From an uncultured Acidobacteriota bacterium (GTDB lineage Bacteria; Acidobacteriota; Terriglobia; Terriglobales; Acidobacteriaceae): 64,000 bases of DNA. Within the stretch, counting starts at the first letter, position 1, and the number at the start of each line of letters is the position of its first letter. The translations under genes were made by a program, and so were the position numbers. Shown in pieces: positions 19,112-27,411 of the stretch. The DNA is taken from contig CAWGME010000020.1 of the NCBI GenBank assembly GCA_963823595.1, positions 118,184 to 182,183 on the forward strand. Reading direction: 5' to 3'. The notes below the pieces were generated by a model. It was not told the DNA's origin and ran no database searches. It worked only from the letters and a program-made list of their open reading frames with translations.

Positions 19112-21211
19112 TTGGATATCACCAACTGCTCAGTCGTTGCTCCTGCTCTGTTACAATCCGTTTACCTCATCCAGGGTATTGAGCCCGATTGGAAACACAG
19201 ATTCGTGTATCGCACCCGCCGCCAGTCGTTGTTTGAACGCATCGAGACTGTCCTTCGCAATGAGTTTCAAGTGGCGCTCACCCGCCTGACCGCCGAAGAA
19301 CCTCCGAAAATCGAAATGGGCGACTACGCTTTGCCGCTCGCTTTTGAGCTGGCGCGTACCCTGCGCAAAGCACCCCGCAAGATCGCTGAAGAGATCGTCG
19401 CCGCTATCGGCGCCGTGCCTGGATTTTCCAACTTTGAAGTCGCCGGTGCGGGTTACATAAACTGCCGCCTGGACCGGGCCAAGGCCGCAAAAGAGATCGC
19501 CTCAGCCGACGAGGAGCTGCCCGGCACCGATACTCATGTATTGGTTGAGCACACAAGCATTAACCCAAACAAAGCAGCACACATCGGCCATCTGCGAAAT
19601 GCGATACTGGGTGACACGCTGGTGCACATGTTGCGCGCCGCGCACTATAGAGTCGGCGTCGAGAATTACATCGATAACACCGGTGTTCAGGTGGCGGATA
19701 TTGCGGTTGTGCTGACCCATCTGCAGCATCTGAACCTCAGCGGAGTGGAACGCTGGATGCAGCAGCTCGCCGCGCGCGGCGAGCGCATCGACTACGCCTG
19801 CTGGGACCTGTACGCGAACGTCTCCCAGTGGTACGGCGCGGACGAATCCGAGAAACAAGCGCGGAAACAGATCCGGCTCGATACCCTGCACGCGCTGGAG
19901 TCAGGGAATAACGAAACCGCTGCTATCGCCGACCTGGTCTCCATGGCAATTCTGCGACGGCATCTGGAAACCATGCTGCGCCTCGGGATCGAATACGATT
20001 TCCTGCCCCGCGAGAGCGAGATTCTGCATTTACATTTCTGGAATCGCGCCTTTGAACTGCTGAAACAATCGGGTGTTCTGTACCTCGAAATCGAAGGCAA
20101 AAACGCAGGCTGCTGGGTCATGCGCCGCGCCGGAACCGCCGACGATGAGGACCTCGATCGAGAAAAAACCGATGGCGCGAGCGAGCCGGACGAGGACGCC
20201 AAGATCATCGTGCGCTCGAACGGCACGGTCACTTATGTCGGCAAGGACATTGCTTATCACCTTTGGAAGTTCAACAAGCTTGGCCTCGATTTTGGTTATC
20301 GTCTTTTCCATATCTATCCCGATGACCATCGCTGCTGGATTTCCGCCGAGACCAGCGACAGCGACGCGCCCAGCTTCGGCCACGCAGACGCGATCTACAA
20401 CGTCATCGATTCGCGCCAGGCCGACCCGCAGAACAACGTCATCGAGGCGCTGCACGGTATGGGTTTCAACGAGGCGGCAGAGAATTATCATCACTTCTCC
20501 TATGAAATGGTGGCGCTGACGCCGCGCTGCGCGATGGAACTGGGTTATACGGTTTCCGCCGAAGACCAGGGCCGCGCCTACATTGAGGTCTCCGGGCGCA
20601 AGGGATTCGGCGTCAAAGCCGACGACCTGATCGACAAGCTGATCGAAGCCGCGCTGGTGCAAGTGAACGCTCGTCAGCCGGAACGCAGTGAAACCGAGCG
20701 CCGCGAAATTGCGAAGAAGATCGCGGTGGGCGCACTGCGCTATTACATGCTGCGCTACACGCGCAACACGGTGATCGCGTTCGATTTTCAGGATGCGCTC
20801 AGCTTCGAAGGAGAAACCGGCCCGTATGCGCAATATGCCGTGGTGCGGGCTGCGAATATTTTTCGCAAAGCGGGCATTGCTCCCGAAGCCGCGCTGCGCC
20901 AATTCGCAAAGATCGACGCTGCTGCATACTTTTCCGGCGAAGATGGCGACAGCCTGTGGGAGATGTGGCTGCTGGCGTCAAAGTCCGTGCACGTGCTGGA
21001 GCGCGCAATCCAGACCACGGAGCCCGCCTATCTAGCGAAGTACGTGTTCCAACTGGCGCAGCAATTCAGCAATTTCTACCATCGCCACCATATTTTGACC
21101 GAGAGCGATCCCATACGAAAAATACTCCTGCTGGCAACCGCCGCGGTCGCTCAGCGAGAGTTGATTCGCGCCCTGGGCTGGATGGGGATCGATGTGCCGG
21201 ACGTAATGTAG
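19112..21211 (+). CDS. argS: Arginine--tRNA ligase
   Basis: HTSINPNKAAHIGHLRN (HIGH), class I core and DALR anticodon-binding C-terminus. The start is probably downstream (for example GTG 19205). Carries an acidic insertion (DDEDLDREKTDGASEPDED). Confidence 0.9.
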   Translation: MDITNCSVVAPALLQSVYLIQGIEPDWKHRFVYRTRRQSLFERIETVLRNEFQVALTRLTAEEPPKIEMGDYALPLAFELARTLRKAPRKIAEEIVAAIGAVPGFSNFEVAGAGYINCRLDRAKAAKEIASADEELPGTDTHVLVEHTSINPNKAAHIGHLRNAILGDTLVHMLRAAHYRVGVENYIDNTGVQVADIAVVLTHLQHLNLSGVERWMQQLAARGERIDYACWDLYANVSQWYGADESEKQARKQIRLDTLHALESGNNETAAIADLVSMAILRRHLETMLRLGIEYDFLPRESEILHLHFWNRAFELLKQSGVLYLEIEGKNAGCWVMRRAGTADDEDLDREKTDGASEPDEDAKIIVRSNGTVTYVGKDIAYHLWKFNKLGLDFGYRLFHIYPDDHRCWISAETSDSDAPSFGHADAIYNVIDSRQADPQNNVIEALHGMGFNEAAENYHHFSYEMVALTPRCAMELGYTVSAEDQGRAYIEVSGRKGFGVKADDLIDKLIEAALVQVNARQPERSETERREIAKKIAVGALRYYMLRYTRNTVIAFDFQDALSFEGETGPYAQYAVVRAANIFRKAGIAPEAALRQFAKIDAAAYFSGEDGDSLWEMWLLASKSVHVLERAIQTTEPAYLAKYVFQLAQQFSNFYHRHHILTESDPIRKILLLATAAVAQRELIRALGWMGIDVPDVM

Positions 21212-21233
21212 TAAGCCCCGAATATCCCAAGAG

Positions 21234-21292
21234 AACTGTCGTCATACCCAAAGGAACTGCCATCCTGAGCACAGCGAGGATCTCGCGTTTTC
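21234..21292 (+). repeat. Dispersed intergenic repeat, short form (with partial 5-prime half-copy)
   Basis: CTGTCGTCATACCC...TGCCATCCTGAGCACAGCGAGGATCTCGCG, 23 nt after the argS stop. Confidence 0.65.
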
Positions 21293-21313
21293 CGGCAGAC
21301 CACCGACAGACCA

Positions 21314-21346
21314 CAAGGTCCTTCGCTGCGCTCAGGACGACAACCT
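21314..21346 (-). repeat. Dispersed intergenic repeat, short form, inverted copy
   Basis: Reverse complement reads GTTGTCGTCCTGAGCGCAGCGAAGGACCTTG. It lies 13 nt after the pepA stop, in the pepA orientation. Confidence 0.7.
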
Positions 21347-21358
21347 TTTTCACTGTCA

Positions 21359-22873
21359 TCACCCTGCGTAGCTCCGCACCCACTCCACAATGCTGCGAAC
21401 GGCGATCCCCGAGGGGCCTTTGGCGATCCAGGGTTTCTGGTCTTCCATCCACGCGACCCCAGCAATGTCGAGATGAATCCAGGGCGTGTCGTCGACAAAC
21501 TCCTTCAGAAACATGGCCGCCGTAATAGCCCCGCCCCAGCGCCCTCCGGTGTTTTTAATGTCGCCGATGTCGGACACAATCATGTCGCGGTACTCGTCAT
21601 CGATCGGCAGACGCCAGAATTTTTCCCCGGAGATTTCGAGGGCTTTGTGGAACTGCTCGTAGGTCTTGTCGTCGTTTGAAAACACTCCGGCGTTTAGCAT
21701 TCCGAGAGCCACCACACAAGCTCCCGTCAATGTGGCGGCATCGATCAGATGGGTTGCGCCAAGCTGCTTCGCATAGTGGAGACCATCGGCCAACACCAGG
21801 CGGCCCTCGGCGTCGGTGTTGATAATCTCGATGGTCTTGCCGGACATCGCGACCGAAATATCGCCCGGCTTGTAGGCCTTGCCGGATGGCATATTTTCCG
21901 CCGAGCAGACCACGCTGATCACCTTGACGTTGGGCTTCAACTGCGCGATCGCACGCATCGCGCCAATCATGGCCGCGGCGCCGGCCATGTCATATTTCAT
22001 CTTTTCCATGTTGTCGGCGGGTTTGATGGAGATGCCGCCGGTGTCGAAGGTAATTCCCTTGCCCACCAGCGCCAGCACCGGACCGTCCTTTGCAACATTT
22101 TTCGGCTCGTAGCGCATCACGATAAGCGCGGGCGGCTCGTCCGAACCCTGAGCGACGCTCCAGAACGCGCCCATCTTCAGCTCCTTCAACTTGTCCGTGC
22201 TGTAGACTTCGCACTGCAATCCCTGTTCTTTGCACATAGCTGCGGCGCGCTGGCCGAGAACAGTTGGCGTCAGCCTGTTTCCCGGCTCGTTGACCAGAGA
22301 ACGGGTGAAGTTCTGCGATTCGCCGATAATTACGCCTTCGCGAAACGCCGACTCGATCGTCGCTTTGTCGGCCGATGCCGGAGCGACAACCGTAAACGTC
22401 TCGATGGAGCGGTCTATGCGGTCGGAGCGATACGTGTCGGGATCGAAGTCACCCACAAATGCACCTTCGACGGCGGCACGGGCCGCAGCAGCAAGAGAGA
22501 ACGAATCATGCTCCGGCAGGACCAGCGTAACTTCGCGGATGCTGCGCGGCTTGGCGAAGCGGACGGCGGCGCCGGCGGCCTTGCGAATATCATGCAGAGA
22601 TATCTTCGCGACTTTTCCCACGCCGATGATCAGGAGGCGCTTCGCCTTCAGTTCCGGCGGAGCATAAAGCAACAGCGTCTCGCATAATCCCGCGGAAAAT
22701 TCGCCGCTCGTCAGAACGGGCTTGTCGGCACTCGTAATGCCGGCATCTTTCGTCAATAGAACCGGCTGGGCGAGGGCGTTTTTCTCCTTCGAAGTGGACG
22801 CATCGGCGGCGACAAGGACCAGCAGTTCGGTCGAAAGCGAGGATACATTTTCAAAGATGAGTTTCGTTTTCAT
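21359..22873 (-). CDS. pepA: Leucyl aminopeptidase (M17)
   Basis: 504 aa; VGKGITFDTGG, NTDAEGRL and other M17 catalytic motifs. Confidence 0.92.
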   Translation of the reverse strand: MKTKLIFENVSSLSTELLVLVAADASTSKEKNALAQPVLLTKDAGITSADKPVLTSGEFSAGLCETLLLYAPPELKAKRLLIIGVGKVAKISLHDIRKAAGAAVRFAKPRSIREVTLVLPEHDSFSLAAAARAAVEGAFVGDFDPDTYRSDRIDRSIETFTVVAPASADKATIESAFREGVIIGESQNFTRSLVNEPGNRLTPTVLGQRAAAMCKEQGLQCEVYSTDKLKELKMGAFWSVAQGSDEPPALIVMRYEPKNVAKDGPVLALVGKGITFDTGGISIKPADNMEKMKYDMAGAAAMIGAMRAIAQLKPNVKVISVVCSAENMPSGKAYKPGDISVAMSGKTIEIINTDAEGRLVLADGLHYAKQLGATHLIDAATLTGACVVALGMLNAGVFSNDDKTYEQFHKALEISGEKFWRLPIDDEYRDMIVSDIGDIKNTGGRWGGAITAAMFLKEFVDDTPWIHLDIAGVAWMEDQKPWIAKGPSGIAVRSIVEWVRSYAG

Positions 22874-22916
22874 TTTTCGATTCAGTTCCCTTCAGAGTTC
22901 GCTTATCAATAGGATT

Positions 22917-22960
22917 TTCATTCCGAGCGGAGCGCGGCGAAGTCGAGGAACCTGCGTTTT
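22917..22960 (+). repeat. Dispersed intergenic repeat (intermediate form)
   Basis: TTCATTCCGAGCGGAGCGCGGCGAAGTCGAGGAACCTGCGTTTT between the pepA start and the smpB stop. Confidence 0.6.
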
Positions 22961-23034
22961 GCCCGATTTGGATCAGACTCTCTGGATCCTTTCGCGCGCT
23001 GGCGTAGGAAGCTCACCTGGATCTTTGCCGAACA

Positions 23035-23568
23035 TCAAGCATTGCGCCGTTTGCTTGCGGCAATCGCAACCCGGGCGTCGCGGTCATCTTCGCGCCGGCG
23101 CTCGGTCTCGCGCTTGTCCCAGGTCTGTTTGCCCTTGGCCACGGCGAGCTCGCACTTGACGCGGCCACGGCGGAAATAGAGCCGCGTCGGAATCAGCGTC
23201 AGCCCCTTCTGCTGCACCTTGCCCAGCAGCTTGCGGACTTCTTCGCCGTGCAGCAGCAACTTGCGGGTGCGGGTGGCGTCGTGGTTGGTATAGCTGCCGT
23301 GGGAGTAGGGTCCAATGTGCAGGTTCAAAAGAAATGCTTCCCCGTCTTTTACCAGGCCGTAGGCGTCACGCAGATTGGCCTTCCCTTCGCGGATTGATTT
23401 GACCTCTGTACCGCGCAGGACCAACCCGGCTTCAAATTTCTCCAGCAGAAAGTAATTGTGGCCCGCAACCCGGTTTACTGCGGCATCGCGCTCGCCAGAA
23501 GCGACGGGATCGCGCGGCTTCGGCTTTTTCGGCGGGCTCGGAATTATGCTTGTGGGTGGGCGCGGCAT
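23035..23568 (-). CDS. smpB: SsrA-binding protein
   Basis: 177 aa; NRVAGHNYFLLEKFEAGLVLRGTEVKS...KLLLH...GLTLIPTRLYF. Basic Pro-rich N-terminal extension. Confidence 0.92.
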   Translation of the reverse strand: MPRPPTSIIPSPPKKPKPRDPVASGERDAAVNRVAGHNYFLLEKFEAGLVLRGTEVKSIREGKANLRDAYGLVKDGEAFLLNLHIGPYSHGSYTNHDATRTRKLLLHGEEVRKLLGKVQQKGLTLIPTRLYFRRGRVKCELAVAKGKQTWDKRETERRREDDRDARVAIAASKRRNA

Positions 23569-23847
23569 GACGGAGAGCTCGAAACCTTCATCCTAGCACG
23601 CAGCCACCGCACGTCTCGAGTAGCGAGACAGAACCATGCGCTGCGTTTGAAAGTGCTTTTCCTGCACATTTCTTTTGCGACTCAGCTAACATCTGGCCCT
23701 TCCGGAGCGTCCGTCATAGAGATGGCCCAGACCCCCATTCGCCGCGCTTGCCGGTGTATAGTGAAAATACGAACCGCTGCTTTTGCTGGAGCACAAGATC
23801 GCCAATCCCCCGGAGTTTTGATACCAACGCCGGGACGCGTCGAATTC

Positions 23848-26358
23848 ATGCCTTTGCGCTTAGATTTATCTCTCGATAGCCCCCTCTCCACACCTGAAAG
23901 CGCCTCCGCGCATTCATTCCCTTGCGCGCCAAAGTCCGGTTCGTTGGCAGTTCTCGCCACTCGCTACCGAGGTGTTGCGGGCGGCCTTTGCCTGGTGCTT
24001 CTTTTCCTTATTACGCAGGGATCGTTCTCCCCCTTGCACGCCGAGTCCGCCAAGAACCTGTACAAGGCGGGCAGAAACGCCGAGATTCGCGAAGACTACA
24101 TCACCGCCTATCAGGATTACCGGCAGGCGTGGCTGGCAAAGCCGGATGACATGAAGTACAAGGAATCGTACATCCGGCTCCGATTCATGGCCGCCTCGCA
24201 ATATCTGGACATGGGGCGCAAGCTTCGCCAGCAGGGCCGGCTGAACGATGCGCTGACCGATTTTCTGCGCGCTCTTGCCATCGATCCCAGCTATGAAGCG
24301 GCGCAACAGGAGGTGGACCGAACGCGCGCCAAGATCAATGGCACCGCGGTGCAGCACAATCCGGACGACTCGGCCGTCACTTCTCAGCAAGCCCAGCAGG
24401 AGATGCAGGCACTCGGCGGGCCGCTTCACCTGAAGCCGCTATCCAACGAGCCGATCACCATTCACCTGGTGGCGGACAGCAAAGTGATTTATCAGACGAT
24501 CGGCAAAATCGCGGGAATCAATGTCCTGTTCGACCCCGATTACACCTCGAAACGCATCCCTATCGATCTGAACCGCGTCACTCTCTACGACGCCCTGCGC
24601 AGCGTTGCTTTCGTTTCGCAGACCTTCTGGCGGCCGGTCACCGCGGATACTATTTTTATCGCCGCCGACACCCGCCAGAAGCGGACAGAACTCGAAGAGC
24701 AGGCGGTACAGACCTTCTATCTTGGCAATATCACCGCACCGAACGATCTGAATGAAGTATTAAATGCGGTCCGCAACCTGATGGACACTTCGGTCAAGAT
24801 GCAGGCGGTCCCTAGCCAGAGCGCCATCGTGATGCGGGGTACGCCGGACCAGCTGCTGCTGGCGCAAAAGATCATTGACGATCTGGACAAGAGCAAGCCC
24901 GAAGTCGTCGTCGATATTGCGGTGCTTGAGGTCAATAAGGATCTGCTACGCAACATCGGTCTTCAGCTTCCGGGATCGATCGGGGTGCAGTTGCAGGCCT
25001 CCACTGCCGCGGCAACTACATCGACGACGAGTACCACCAGCACGATCACCACAGGAACCACCGGAACTACAAGCACAGGCAGCAGCCTGTCATTGAATGA
25101 TCTTGGCAATCTGAACGCGACGAACTTTGGAGTCTCCATCGGCACTGCGACTTTGAATATGCTGCTGACGGACTCCGACACTCGCGTGCTGCAGAACCCG
25201 CAGATTCGCGCCGTCGATGGAGAGAAAGCGACGCTGAAGATTGGCTCCAGAGTCCCGATCGCCACCGGCTCATTTTCGCCCGGCGCCGGCATCGCCGCCG
25301 CCGGTATCAGCCCGCTGGTCAGCACGCAATTTTCCTACATCGACGTTGGCGTGCAAATCGAAATGCAGCCGACCATCCATTACGACGGCGATGTCTCGAT
25401 GAAGCTCCATATCGTCGTCTCGAACATAACCAGCTTTAGCAATCTGGGCGGGATTGAGCAGCCGGTCATCGGCCAACAGGATTTGCAACAGAACATCCGT
25501 ATGAAGGAAGGCACGGCCAACCTGCTGGGCGGAATTCTTCAGCACTCGAAAAGCCTGACTATTGGAGGCACCCCGGGACTGGGCGAAATTCCCTTCCTGA
25601 AATACCTGTTCAGTTCTCAGCAGACGGAAACTGTTAACGACGAGATTGTTTTCGTATTGATTCCGCATCTGGTGCGGGGTATCGATTTGACTCCGCTCAA
25701 CCTGCGCACCATCGACACGGGCACCGGCACCAACGTCAGCCTGCGAATGAACGAGCAGGCAGCGCAGGTTTCCGACGGCCTCATTCAGCGCGCCGGTAAG
25801 GCTCCGCTGACTTTTGAGCCGAGTACGCCTCCCGCAAATGCAGCCGAAGCCGCCAATCAGATGGCGGGTGAGATTGCCCAGCGAATGCGCAACGCGGGCC
25901 AGAATCCAGGCGAGAATCCGGCAGCCGGTTCCGTGACCGGAGCGCCGCTGCAGATTTCACTCTCTCCGCAGCAAGGCGTGCACAAAGTAGGCAGCACCTT
26001 CCAGATGCAGGTGAACCTGAGCGGTGGCCAGGATGTTTTCTCCGTGCCGATGCAGTTGCATTACGATTCGCGATTACTGAACCTCGTCAACGTCGATACA
26101 GGAAACCTGCTGGCCAAGGACGGTCAGACGACTGCTCTGGTTCATCGCGATGACGGCAATGGGGATGTCACCATCAGTGCCTCGCGCCCGCCGGGAGTGC
26201 ACGGCGTCACCGGCGATGGAAATATCTGCGTGCTGACGTTCCAGGCCAAGGCCCAGGGTGACGCCACCGTACAGGTGATTAAATCCGCTGCCCGGAACAG
26301 CGCACAGACCATCCTGCCGGTCATCGCCGCCTCCCCGGCCGTGGTTCATTTGCAGTAA
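23848..26358 (+). CDS. Secretin (GspD/PilQ family) with N-terminal TPR region, Thr/Ser-rich linker and C-terminal cohesin-like domain
   Basis: ORF 23458..26358, trimmed to ATG 23848 (alternative TTG 23944 just before the hydrophobic signal LCLVLLFLITQGSFSPLHA). TPR-like YKAGRNAEIREDYITAYQDY...ALAIDPSY. Secretin core ...RVLQNPQIRAVDGEKATLKIGSRVP...IPFLKYLF...IVFVLIPHLVRG. The tail, VGSTFQMQVNLSGGQDVFSVPMQLHYDSRLLNLVNVD...ICVLTFQAKAQGDATV, resembles cohesin domains. Confidence 0.85.
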   Translation: MPLRLDLSLDSPLSTPESASAHSFPCAPKSGSLAVLATRYRGVAGGLCLVLLFLITQGSFSPLHAESAKNLYKAGRNAEIREDYITAYQDYRQAWLAKPDDMKYKESYIRLRFMAASQYLDMGRKLRQQGRLNDALTDFLRALAIDPSYEAAQQEVDRTRAKINGTAVQHNPDDSAVTSQQAQQEMQALGGPLHLKPLSNEPITIHLVADSKVIYQTIGKIAGINVLFDPDYTSKRIPIDLNRVTLYDALRSVAFVSQTFWRPVTADTIFIAADTRQKRTELEEQAVQTFYLGNITAPNDLNEVLNAVRNLMDTSVKMQAVPSQSAIVMRGTPDQLLLAQKIIDDLDKSKPEVVVDIAVLEVNKDLLRNIGLQLPGSIGVQLQASTAAATTSTTSTTSTITTGTTGTTSTGSSLSLNDLGNLNATNFGVSIGTATLNMLLTDSDTRVLQNPQIRAVDGEKATLKIGSRVPIATGSFSPGAGIAAAGISPLVSTQFSYIDVGVQIEMQPTIHYDGDVSMKLHIVVSNITSFSNLGGIEQPVIGQQDLQQNIRMKEGTANLLGGILQHSKSLTIGGTPGLGEIPFLKYLFSSQQTETVNDEIVFVLIPHLVRGIDLTPLNLRTIDTGTGTNVSLRMNEQAAQVSDGLIQRAGKAPLTFEPSTPPANAAEAANQMAGEIAQRMRNAGQNPGENPAAGSVTGAPLQISLSPQQGVHKVGSTFQMQVNLSGGQDVFSVPMQLHYDSRLLNLVNVDTGNLLAKDGQTTALVHRDDGNGDVTISASRPPGVHGVTGDGNICVLTFQAKAQGDATVQVIKSAARNSAQTILPVIAASPAVVHLQ

Positions 26359-26386
26359 TCTCAGGGAGGCAGGGAGCAGTTTTGCA

Positions 26387-26989
26387 ATGCAGTGGAATGG
26401 AATTGGTGGGAATGGCAGGCGGATCTGGGTGCCGCACATCTCGCCTTTGAGATGTGGGTTCTCTCAACTTCCCGGAAACTTGTCATCCCGACCGGACCCG
26501 GAGCGTAGCGAAGGAGCATGGGAGCGACCTGCGGGTTCGCGCGCGAGAGGTCAACAGGGACTCTCGCTGATCGAACTAATTGTGACCGTCGCAATTCTCG
26601 CGATCATTGCCTCTGTCGCGTATCCGATTGCCCGCTTCCAGATTCAACGTCACAAGGAAGCCGTGTTGCGGGACGACCTGTGGCAGATGCGGCACGCGAT
26701 CGATAAGTATAAAGATGCAGCCGACCGGCAAGCCTTTCGCTATGAAATCGACACCTTCGGATATCCGCCGGATTTGGAAACGCTGGTCAAGGGAGTCACG
26801 GTTCAGGACCACAAATTAAAATTCTTGCGGGAGATTCCCGTTGACCCGATGACCGGCAAGCAGGACTGGGTACTGCGCTCAATGCAGGACGATCCGGACA
26901 GCGATTCCTGGGGCGGTCAGAACGTCTTTGACGTACACTCTGCCTCCGATGGAACGGCATTGAACGGGACAAAATACAACACATGGTGA
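26387..26989 (+). CDS. GspG-like type II secretion/type IV pilin-like pseudopilin (start uncertain)
   Basis: Prepilin motif G/LSLIELIVTVAILAIIASVAYP at about 26558, then a GspG-like body (YPPDLETLV...IPVDPMTGK). The candidate in-frame starts I found (ATG 26387, GTG 26429, TTG 26447, TTG 26480) all lie upstream of or inside the repeat copy. Confidence 0.75.
   Translation: MQWNGIGGNGRRIWVPHISPLRCGFSQLPGNLSSRPDPERSEGAWERPAGSRARGQQGLSLIELIVTVAILAIIASVAYPIARFQIQRHKEAVLRDDLWQMRHAIDKYKDAADRQAFRYEIDTFGYPPDLETLVKGVTVQDHKLKFLREIPVDPMTGKQDWVLRSMQDDPDSDSWGGQNVFDVHSASDGTALNGTKYNTW
26479..26538 (+). repeat. Dispersed repeat, long form, embedded in the 5-prime end of the pseudopilin ORF
   Basis: CTTGTCATCCCGACCGGACCCGGAGCGTAGCGAAGGAGCATGGGAGCGACCTGCGGGTTC. 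Confidence 0.7.
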
Positions 26990-27411
26990 TGCCCACAAGA
27001 CAACCCGGGTTCCCCAGGCGCGTTGACACTCAGCGCGGATTTACGCTCGTGGAGTTGATGGTCGTCATGCTCATCATCTCCATTCTTCTCGCGATTGCGG
27101 TGCCGAGCTTTATCGCCTCCATACGCTCCGCGCGGGAAGCAGCGCTGCGGCAGGACCTGCACACTATGCGGGATGCCATCGAGCAATACACGGAAGACAA
27201 ACAGCAAGCTCCGCAATCTCTGGACGATCTGGTCACCGCCGGATATCTCAAGAAAATGCCTATGGATCCGATGACCCACAGCAGCGACACCTGGGTGACG
27301 GCGCAGTCGGATACCTACACCAGCATCGACCAGTCGCAAACCGGGATCGATGACGTCCACAGCGGTTCCGATCAGATTGGGAGCGACGGCAAAGCGTACT
27401 CGGAATGGTGA
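26983..27411 (+). CDS. GspG-like pseudopilin, paralogue of the preceding gene
   Basis: 142 aa; RGFTLVELMVVMLIISILLAIAVPSF prepilin N-terminus; GYLKKMPMDPMT GspG-like motif. Start overlaps the upstream stop in ATGGTGA. Confidence 0.85.
   Translation: MVMPTRQPGFPRRVDTQRGFTLVELMVVMLIISILLAIAVPSFIASIRSAREAALRQDLHTMRDAIEQYTEDKQQAPQSLDDLVTAGYLKKMPMDPMTHSSDTWVTAQSDTYTSIDQSQTGIDDVHSGSDQIGSDGKAYSEW

Noticed and set aside
23458-23847. 5-prime extension of the secretin ORF that overlaps the divergent smpB gene.
   Set aside because: It would overlap smpB by 110 nt on the opposite strand and encodes no signal peptide. ATG 23848 or TTG 23944 gives a normal N-terminus.
24990-25090. ACC/ACG/AGC-rich stretch in the secretin gene, considered as a tandem DNA repeat or contingency locus.
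   Set aside because: The codons vary and there is no exact nucleotide repeat unit. It is a Thr/Ser-rich linker (TTSTTSTTSTITTGTTGTTSTGSS).
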